Under the pieces are notes generated by a model, which was not told the origin of the DNA, did not search any database, and worked only from the letters and a program-made list of their open reading frames with translations. A program made the position numbers and the translations under genes. 64,000 nt of DNA from Neocallimastix sp. 'constans' (taxonomy: Eukaryota), in assembly GCA_050613775.1 (NCBI GenBank), contig JBODTK010000001.1, positions 682,001-746,000 on the forward strand, read 5' to 3'. This document shows positions 13,601 to 24,300 of the stretch, piece by piece (position 1 is the first letter of the stretch; each line of letters begins with the position of its first letter).

Positions 13601-14804
13601 ACTATCATTTTATAATCATTAATCTTAACAGGTATTCGTACAATAATTCCTTCCGAATACTCATCATTCTTAGTCGCTAAACGTATCCTTCCACGACTAA
13701 TACCTACTTCTTCATAATTTCCAGGTAATTTCTCATAAAATTTTTTTGTGATAACATTGAGATTGCTACAAGAATCAATTAGTGCTTTACCAGGAATTTC
13801 ATCTACTGTTACATCAACCATGGCAATATCTTCTTCTGAGGTTTCCTTACTTTTGCTAATATAAGAGTGATCAATATTATTTACCAAAGTAGCAGCAGCA
13901 ATAGTATTGTTTAATGCACCTATTATTTTCTTTTCAGGTTTTTCTAATTTTAATCCTTGACTTACTTGACTTTTGACTTTTGGAGAAACATTGAGGAGCT
14001 GACCGAAACTAATATTACACTTGGTTTCATTCAAATCTTGTAAAACATCATATTCTTCCTGATCCTTACACATCTTGATGTTCCTAAGCGTTCTACTAAT
14101 TGTTGCTTTTTCTTTAGGCTTTTGAAAATCTATGAGCTTCTGTAATGTAATATTCTCATGACCTTCGTCATTAAGCTTTTCAGGAACTTCAATAACTTCC
14201 ATTTCATTGATTTGTTTTGTTTTAATAATTTTATCGTTTTCATTATCGATAAATTTATTTAATCGTTGATGCATTTTATCACTAGTAGTACTGATGCTAT
14301 TTCTTTGTTTTGAAGAATCCAGACTTTGCTTTTCTCTTATAGTAATATTATCCTCCCTTTCCTTCCTTTTTCCCTTGTTATTTCCAAAGTTAGCTCTTTC
14401 TTTATTCCGAATTTGTTTTTCTTTGGCTTTCTCAATATATATTAAGCGGCGCCATTATCGAAGGATGTAGTTGATTTTTATTTTTAACAATTATTCTATT
14501 TTCTATTTCTTTCTCTTTTATCTTTCTTATTGCAGGAGTTGTTATAGGGGTAGGATTATCTTTGAGACTTTTACGTTGTCTCTTTTCATTATTTTCACTA
14601 GTTTCATCGTTAGTCGTCAACTTCCTTTACTATAAATTCTACATCATTCTCATTATCGGATTCTTTGTGAGTTTCATTAGTATAGGAAGCATCTTCTTTT
14701 TCTTCCTTATTATAATCTTTTGTACTACTAGGAATAGATTTGTATTGTAATGAAGCTATTTTATTTTTATAGGGAGTGCTTCCTCTCCCTTTTAGTGGTT
14801 TAAA
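10699..14804 (-). pseudogene. pol: Element 2 pol, disrupted
   Basis: Fragments 14432-14620, 13456-14274 (LIDSCS protease), 11829-13268 (RT FIDD, RH), 10761-11657 (IN). Several frameshifts, in-frame TAA at 11829, and an 8-bp duplication near 10760-10776 displacing the …NRNVHLKNIVKYNSAID* end. Confidence 0.9.
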
Positions 14805-15685
14805 GATTTTCCACTATATAACCGTTTCTTATTTTCTTGAATAATTGCATTTAACTTAGGACAATTATACTGCAAATGTCCTGGATCGCTACAATAAAAA
14901 CAGGCTTTAATGGTAAGATTTTTCATTTTTTTTGTTAAGTCTTCCAATTCGTAATCTTTATTTCTTTTTGGGCTTCTAACTTCATAATTCTCTCTTACTA
15001 CCTTTCTGTTGTTTTGATAATTATTCCTGAAATTTATTCTTGGATTGACAATTTCAGTTGAGTACTCTTTTGAGGGTCTCAAATTCATTACTCTATCAAC
15101 CTTTTCGGCAATGTCAAACGCCCGATTTAAAGAAATGTCATCCTTAAGGGAGACCCTTTTCCAAGCTTCTTCATTGTTCCTAAGAGCATCAATATAATCG
15201 AGAACACTGACTCGCTTCTTTCTTTTCTTATTTAATTTCAAATATATGGATCGGAAACGAGTATTAAAGTCTTTTACTCGCTCATTTCTTTTAATTCTTA
15301 AAGCACGGAGCTCACGAAGTAACATATTCTGGTCTTCTTTAAGACCATAAAAAGTTTCTATTGCTTCTACAATTTCCTTTAAGGAAGGATATTCATCTTT
15401 TTTCTTTTCTTCTGAATCAGATTCTTCTTCTTCTTCGTCCTCACTTTCTGATTAAGAATCGGTACTGTAACTCTCAATTAAATCCTGGAAAACTTCGCGA
15501 GGCTCTCCAGTAGACGTGAGTAAGCAGGCGGTAAAAATCGTTTTGGGATCAGTAACTTCCTCAAGTTTTATCCATAATCGGATTTCTGATTCCCAAGATT
15601 TGATATCGAGATTTTCCTTTGAAATTTTCTCGATATCTTTTAATTCCTTTTTTAATTCTTTAAAATTGATTTTATTTTCAGCCAT
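14792..15685 (-). pseudogene. gag: Element 2 gag with in-frame stop at 15452-15454
   Basis: ORFs 15452-15724 and 14792-15325 are in the same frame; CFYCSDPGHLQYNC knuckle; likely start MAENKINF at 15685. Confidence 0.85.
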
Positions 15686-17024
15686 TTGAAAATTTAAAAA
15701 TGGTATTAATGCTATGATATCCAATTTAAAAATATGTTTACTTTAAAAATATATTTAATAACAAAAAAAAATAAATTTATCTTTGTTTTATAATAATATA
15801 ATTATGGACTCAGAAAACCCTCTGACAATCCAATTCTTTATTCCAATAATAATTCATACTCAGAATCTCTCTCTGAAAATCTAATGAATTAATTCAGACT
15901 CGAAAACACCCTCCGAAAATCTGAAACAAAAAAAAAAAAAAAATTGAAATTCAGACTCAAAAACGCAATTTGAAAATCTGAAGCTTTTTATTATGAATTT
16001 TAATATTTATTATATTCTCTTGAGCATTAATACACAGAATATGTATATCTTAATTTTTTTTATTTATTTGTAGTAATAACTTCTTTATTTAATTTTATTT
16101 AATATATTTATTTCCTTTATTAAAATAATTAATATAACATAAAGCAAATTGTATAAATACTTAAATAATAATAATAATGTATATTTATTTTTATTTTTAT
16201 TTCTTTTTTGTATATATTTATTATTCTATTAATTCTTTGTTATAACATTTAATGAAATATTAAATAAAAAGTTAAAATACAAGCCAAACTATATAGTGTT
16301 GAACCATCAAATATATAGCTTGTTAACCCTTCTTACAATAAGTCCCCTTAGCTCTTTATTGATAAGTTGATAATGTCGATTGTTAATTATTAAGAAACTT
16401 AATAAAAAGAAGGTAGCAATATTAAATTCTTTTTAATTTGGCTAACTTATTGTTAGTAATAAAGAAGATAATAACGTATCCTTCCCAGTATCAACAAGAT
16501 CAAAACAATAAAGTATTATGTGTGGGTGTTCAACTATCCCGCGTAGAGAGTTGTAAGACAGCTTATTTATATTTTTCTTTTTAATTAAAATTTAATTAAT
16601 TATATAACGAATAATAGAAAATTTAACACACACAAAAAAAATTTCAATTATAAAAATTTCAATAAAAAAAATTTAATTATATAAAATCATAAAAATAATA
16701 CACTTATTTGAAAAATAATAATAATAATCTAATTTTATATATTCTATATATATATATTGTACATGTATATATTAGAAAAAATAAAATAAACTGATAAACA
16801 AAAAAAATTAAAATTTATTATTTAGAATTATTAATATAAAAAAAAAAATTTATTTATAAAATTTATTCTTATTAAAAAAAAATTAAAAATTTGTACTACA
16901 AAAAAAAAATTTTTGCTTATTATTTTAATTAATATTTATCATTAATTAAAAAATTTTTTTTTTTTTTTTTTTTTTTTTTACATATATAAATCTATATCTA
17001 TGATAATACTATTGGTTAAAAAAA

Positions 17025-17086
<62 letters not shown>

Positions 17087-17994
17087 AAGTTTGTTCTACA
17101 CTAAAGAAAAATTTAATTTATTATTTATTAAAAAAAAATTTTTTTTATTAATGAAATATTTATTATTTTAATAAAAGGAAAAAATATATATATATTTTTA
17201 TTTTATTGCAAAAAAAAAAATAATAATAATAATAATAGGCGAACAAATTTATAAAAGCCTAAAATAAAAATAAAAAAAAAAAACTATATATTTTAACGTC
17301 ACTTCGCAAGAATGACCAGGGTTTTATCAGGGATCGAACCTGACCCACCTCTTATTTTCTGAGCGAGTGAACAAACTATCACCTGTTGAAGTGTGTAGTT
17401 GCCTTCAGCGTGAAGGTTTTATAGTTCTAGGGCGTATTTGCCTAATTGTCAAGGATTTGTTCCTTGAAATAATCGCGTTTACAATCTACAAAACCTTGCA
17501 AAATTGTAAATAAGAGTTTATGAAATTAATATCCTGCAAGCTAACACTGTCTTACTCGAATATTAACTTCGTAAATTTGTTAACTTTTTATTATCTTTTT
17601 TTATTATTATTTATTTTTATCTATAATCTACAATTAAATAAAGTTACTACAAAAACTAAAGTTTTCCAAAGTTTTTTTTTTTTTTTTTTTTTTTTATTTT
17701 TTTTTTTTTATGATAACTTTTATTATTATTAATATTAATATTAAATTATTAATTATTATTATTTAACAAAACTTATGGATAATCTGATAGTATACCCTGT
17801 CTGACGTGCAGCTTGCCTCTTCACGGCGTCATGCCACGCGGGTACCACGGCTACTGTATTCAATATAAAATACAGCAGTCCAGAGCCTACTAGCCCAATT
17901 ACTATGTAGGTTAAACTTAGCCCGGAAATCTATATCCAAGGCTTTGTTAAATAATTTAATTAATAAATAATATTAAATTTTATTTTTCTAATAT

Positions 17995-18012
17995 TCCCCG
18001 ATATCTCCACCA
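17995..18012 (-). promoter_or_regulatory. Primer-binding site of element 2 (tRNA-Ala-like)
   Basis: Minus strand TGGTGGAGATATCGGGGA; 7 nt from the LTR. Confidence 0.75.
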
Positions 18013-18866
18013 TAAATTATGTTATGGTTCGGGTTTTATTAGAATTTTTATTTAATTATTTATTTTTAATATTTTCCTCTCTACATTTTAATTATTGAAA
18101 AACTTCACTTATTTATACTTTTTGAAAAAAAATAAATATGTAAAGCCTTTCTACATTTTATTATCATATTTAAAAAAAAAATATTTACTATTACTAATTA
18201 CTTAAAATTTTATATTAATTTAAATTAACTAATTCATAAGTATTTTTATTTTAATAAATTTTGTTTACATAATTTTATATTATTTTTCATATACTAAAAC
18301 TAAATTATTTAATATATACGAAAAGTAACAAACAAAATTTAAAAAGATTTTACAGAAAAATAAAGTTATTTTAATCAAGAATGTTAATATAATATTCTTA
18401 TATTTTATATAAAATAAATTTAAAAACTATAAATATATTTAATATTTATTATTAATCAATTAAGATTTGATTTTATTTGTGGGGAATAAAAATATTAAAT
18501 AATCAATTTAAAAATAAAATAAAATACTAAAAAGAATACAAGTTTAATATTGATACAATATAATAATAATATAATAATATATTTGAAAATAAAAATAAAA
18601 TATTAATATTGATAATAAACACTTTAATAAAATAATAAAATTTAAGGTTAAATTATAGATATTGATATTAATAATAATAAAAATATAGAATTATTGATAA
18701 TATTTTAGAAACTTTTAATAAAAATATAAAAAAAAAATATATTTAGAAAATATTTTAGTATAGAAAATATAGTAAAGTAATATTAAGTAAAGAATAATAT
18801 AATGGATTCTAAAGTAAGTTGAAATTCTAATTAATAATCCATTATATGTTCGTTCTTTACCAAAAA

Positions 18867-19889
18867 TGGTAGACTCGGGGTTGACACTTAGATATTTAAA
18901 ATCAAGCAGGGGGGGACGGGTATTACCCTGCTTTGATTTTAAATAAAAAAAAAATAATTCTTTATTAAAAGTTATTTATTTTTTTTTTTTTTATTAATAT
19001 AAAATTTTATTATTTAAAGTACACATATTTAATTTTTAAGAAATTGTTACAATATTTATATTTTTTTATAAATTTAAAGTATAATTAATTGTTTATAATT
19101 TAAGTAATTTTATAGAATTATTGAATTAATTTTATATCAATAATTCATTTTTGTTTTAATTTTTATAAATATAATAATATAATATTCAAATATAATTTAA
19201 TTAAAAATAATTATAAAATAAATATATAGAAAATAGTTTTTACTATTTTCTTTGATATTTTTAAGTTATATAAATTGTTTTTAAAGATTAATATAATAAA
19301 TTTAATAATCTTTAATTATTTTAAATAATACTTGTAATTATTTTCAAAATAAAATAAAATTTTTATAATATTTAATTAATAAATTTGATAATATTTAAAT
19401 AATAATTTTTATAATAAGTAAAAATTTTTAATAATAATTTTTAATAATAAATTTAATTAATAATCTTAATAATTTTATAATAATATTTAATAGTTATAAT
19501 ATATAAATTTTTATAATAATATTTAATAATTTTAATAATTTTATAATATTAATAATTTATAATAATTTTTAGAATAATATTTAATTAATAATTTTAATAA
19601 TTTTATAATAATTTTTATAATAATATTTAATTAATAGTTTTAATAATTTAGTATCTTAAAAGTATAATTTTAATATTTACAATTGTATTTTAATATATAC
19701 ATATATTTAATAATATAACAATAAAGTAATTAATTAAAATTTATTTACATTATTTACAAGTTAAAATTAATTTATATCAAAATAAATTAAATTTTATTAT
19801 TAAGTTTAGGTTATCAAGAATATAGGAAAGTACAATTTAGTAAAGAATTATTAATAATAAAATAAAGGTTATTAATTTATTCTTTACCA
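18867..19889 (-). mobile_element. Solo LTR c (1023 bp)
   Basis: TGGTAGAC…TTCTTTACCA, flanked by AAAA (18863-18866, 19890-19893). Confidence 0.8.
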
Positions 19890-19893
19890 AAAA

Positions 19894-20740
19894 TGGTACA
19901 AGATCTGAAGATTTTATTAATAAAATAATATATTCTAATAATAAGGAAAAATTTAAAATATTATTCTCTAATTCTAAACCTAAATTAATTAATAAACTAC
20001 TCTAATTTTAGTCTAAACTATCCTAATCTAAAAGAATCTAAACTAAGTTAAAATAACTTAAACTAATATCTTAATCTAAACTATTCTAATCTAAACTAAA
20101 CAATTTCTCTAAATCTATTACTATTTCTATAAAATGTTTAATACAACTAATCTATTACTAAACTAATTTTATACTATACTGATCTTAATATTATACACTA
20201 AACACAAAAATCTATTAATTAAACACTTTTAAAACATTAAATTTAGAAAAAACTATTTAATAAATTTTAATTTATTTTAAACTATTTAATTTATTATTTA
20301 ACTTTTAGAAAATATTAAAAAAATAATATAATAATAAAGTCGTAAGAAAAAAAGGGAGAGAACAAAAGTATTGTGTTACTTTGTTCTTTTTTATACTAAT
20401 AAAATATTTATTTGATTGGATTAAAAATAAAAATAAAAAAAATTAATAATAAAAATTTAATAATAAAAATTTAATAATAAAAATATAATAATAAAAATAT
20501 AATAAACTTAAATTTTCTAAATTATTAAAATATTATATAAAAATTTTACAATATTAAATAATATAATTAATACATGATTTTTTAATACATCTAATTATTT
20601 TTATTTAACTTTATAATATTCTATAACTAATATTTTAATATTCAATTTTTTATTATTTATTTATAATTGTTAATGATATTTTTTACTTTAATATTTTCTT
20701 TAAATAGTTTAATTTTTCTTTATTTAATTGTACCGTAACA
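19894..20740 (-). mobile_element. Solo LTR d (847 bp)
   Basis: TGGTACAAG…TACCGTAACA, flanked by AAAA; termini resemble the element 3 LTR (TGGTACAGG…TACCGTATCA). Confidence 0.82.
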
Positions 20741-21384
20741 AAAATGGTACAGGACTTTTGAAATTGATGGATGTATAATAATATATTGGTAAATAGATAG
20801 TAGACGTATAAAAATTACGAAAAACTTATACAATATTTATTTATTTATTTATTGATTATTTATTAATTTATTTATTTAAAAATTTATTTAACTATATATT
20901 ATTCATCCATTTATTTATTTGTTCATTTATTTATTTATTCCTCCATTACATAAAAAAAAGAAAAGAGAGAGATTTAAAATAATATTATTACAAAATATTT
21001 TATAAATTTTGGTAATACATTGATTAGTTAAAAATAATTTTGTGTAACAATAAAATAATAATAAAATTTTAGATATGAATATTAATAATAAAAATAATAA
21101 AAAAATTTATAATATAAAATAAAATTTATCAAATGTATAATAAAAATATAATAAGAATATAATAAAATATTTATTTTATAGCAAAATATTAATAATTAAT
21201 AATATATATATTTATATAATAATAAAGGAAATATTGATAAAGTTAATAAAGATAATAATTAATTAATAAAATAGATTTAAAACATATTTATATGGAGAAA
21301 TATTAAAATTATTATAATTTAAGGTATTTGGGTAAATACCGTATCATGATGCCCCCGTTAAGTTTAGACTTCGTCCCTTGAAGT

Positions 21385-24300
21385 CTATACTTCACATAGT
21401 CTGTATGGTACAATGTTCTTTAAGTGAACATTTCTCTCAGCGATTTCATTAGTTACAGGATCGCAAAGTGTGACCGTGTTAAATTTCTTCTTAACTATTT
21501 TCATAGGGCCAAGGAAGAATGGGTCTAATTTTCTTCGGTTAATAAGTTTGACAAGGACAAGATCACCAGGGTTATATTCAGCCTTCATTCTCTTCATTTG
21601 TTTTCGCCTGTCTTCCCATAACTTGTTAGCAGTATTAATGTTGTTAATGGCTTCTTTAATCCAGGCATAATGTTTAGTAAATCTACTTATTAAAAATTCT
21701 TCTTCACTTTCGTATTCTTCTTTCTTGTCTAAGTTCAGTGTTAATTCAAAGGGTTGTAAATCGCGACGTCCATATAACAACTCGAAACTGGAAAACTTAG
21801 TAGTTTCATTCTTACAGGTGCGAATAGCCCATAAAGCGCTTGGTAGCATCTCATCCCAAATGGTAGTGTTGCGATTACAAAGAATTCTCAAGTACTTGCC
21901 AATTTCTTTATTTCTATTTTCGACTTCGCCGTTGGATTCTGGATGGTATGTTGTAATATAGTGTACATAAACTCCATATAAGTCGAGAAAAGCTTTCGTT
22001 TTGTCCGAACAGAATTGGGGTCCATTGTCCGTTATTAAAATCTCAGGCGTTCCATGTCGAGCAAAGACTTTGGATAGAAATTGGATAACGTCATCTGATT
22101 CAATGTTCTTAGTGGGTTCAGCTTCAACCCACTTAGTCAGGTAATCTACTAAAACTATAATGTATTGATTACCTTTCTGAGTAACTGGTAGAGGTCCTAC
22201 AATGTCTAGACCTACCTTGGTAAATGGAAGACCGGGTTTCGTGGCTGTATCTTCAGGTTGATAGTTAAATGTTTGTGGCTTAAAGAGTTGACAAGTTTTA
22301 CAGGTCCTGACCATGTATTTAACATCTTGTATCATGTTGGTCCAATAGTAATCTCTTTTCAAGCGGTTGTATGTCTTGAAAGTACCTTCGTGACCGATAC
22401 CATGGGCCTTAAGAATAAGTTTGACTTTTTCCTCTGGGTTATCTATAACTTTTCTTAGCATTCCATTGTCTTTATAAAATTTTTCTCCATTTATTAAAGT
22501 AAACTTGTCTTTTAATAGATTTAATAAGTTGTTTTCATCTGTTTCACTATTTACACTCACGGTTGTAGTTGCTAATATATCGCTTTTGATGGATGGCATC
22601 CTCGAGAGAGCGTCTGCGATAACATTCTTTTTACCAGGTTCATATTGAACACGAACCTTCAACATTGATAAGAGTAATACCCAGCGCGTTTGCCTTGCGT
22701 TGTTGGGTTCTTTGGAGGTGAATAAACTAACTAGTGGTTTGTGGTCTGTATAGAGGATAGTGGAACAGTTATTGCTAGAGATGTAAGGTTTGAATTTCTT
22801 TACGCTATAGAATGCAGCTGTTCCTTCTAAGTCGGTGATAGAGTAATTCTTTTCGGAAGGTTTTAATGAACGGCTAATGAAATGGATGGGTTTTTCCTTA
22901 CCATCTTCCTCTTTTTGTAATAGAACGCCACCGATACCATCATAAGAGGCGTCTGTACGGATGATGAAAGGCTTTTCGAAGTCAGGCATAATTAATATAG
23001 GTGCCTTCACAAGTCTATCTTTAAGTTCTTGGAAGCTATTTTCTTGTTCTGTATTCCATTCGAAATCAGTACCCTTTTTCAGCAGTTTATATAGTGGTCT
23101 AGCCATCTTCGCAAAGTTGAATATAAATTTTCTGTAGTAGCCTACAGCACCTAAAAAGGACCGTAGTTGAGTTATATTCTTGGGAGGCAACCAGTTGTGA
23201 ATAATTTCAGTTTTTCCTGGGATTGGAGCAACTCCTTCAACTGATAAAATATGTCCAAGAAGTTCTACTTTTTTCTTGAAAAAGTGACATTTTTCTAAGT
23301 TTATCTTCAATCCGTTGTTCTTGATTATTGTAAAGACTTTTCTTAAATCTTGGATGTGTTCTTCAATTGATGGTGAGAATATCACCAAGTCATCTATATA
23401 AACGAACATGCATACTCCAATTAGCGGGAAGAAAATTCTGTTCATTTCCCTCTGAAAAGTACCAGGAGCATTGCATAGTCCGAACGGCATCACCCGGAAT
23501 TGGTAGTTCCCAAACATAGTGGTAAAAGTGGTCTTGGGAATGTCTTCTTTATTCATTGGAATTTGGTGAAAGCCGGAGAATAAATCTATAGTAGTAAAGA
23601 CCATAACCTTCCTTCCAATAGAAAATAAAATACTATCGATAATTGGTAACGCGTAGGAATCTTTGATGGTAACATTGTTCAGCTTACGGTAGTCCACGCA
23701 CATCCTCCACTTTTTATTTTTCTTGAGGACGAGTACTACTGGAGACGACCAAGGGGAGCTGGATGGCTCTATCAACTTGTTTTTTATAAGTTTTGTTATT
23801 TCTTGCTTTAGAGCTTGAATTTGAACTTTGGACAACCGGTATCCTTTCTGCTTGATCGGCTTTGCATTTTCTATTAATTGAATGGTATGTGGAAGCAGTT
23901 TCGTTGGCTGGAGTTCATCAATTTTGATTGCTAAGATGATGATGAATTCATGAAATAGTGAGTTAACTTTTCTTCTGTATTTTCTTGGTAATTCATCCAA
24001 TACTTTGTTCAACAACTCTTGTTTCTTTAAGGGTCCGTCTTTAACTTCTTCAATTTGATCTGTTTCATCATGGTAGTTCTCATCTTTAACCTTATTTACA
24101 AGACAGAAGGCATAAGAGCTTGATGCATCTTTATTGTTGGTAAGATTGTGATTCTCATTATCGTCACTCTCCTTCGATTCTTCCTCATCAGTCCCTAAAG
24201 GAGACACACGATCCCATGATTCTTCACTGAGCATCTTGCATAAGTGATTGTCGATAGGATGTACGAATAATTTATTGTCTTTTAATGTATTGAACCCTAT

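Larger units (their letters stand above)
9834..18862 (-). mobile_element. Full-length but coding-defective Ty3/Gypsy element (element 2) with 2.3-kb 5' leader
   Basis: LTRs 9834-10675 and 18020-18862 (TGTTATGG…CTTTACCA), AAAA on both flanks, PBS 17995-18012, PPT near 10676-10688, fragmented gag and pol. Confidence 0.95.

Noticed and set aside
17300..17400. Second tRNA gene on the minus strand
   Set aside because: Only a T-arm/B-box is present; I could not fold acceptor, D and anticodon arms.
21385..21600. Chromodomain or env ORF after integrase
   Set aside because: Pol ends shortly after the GPF/Y motif and is followed directly by the PPT; there is no room or motif for either.
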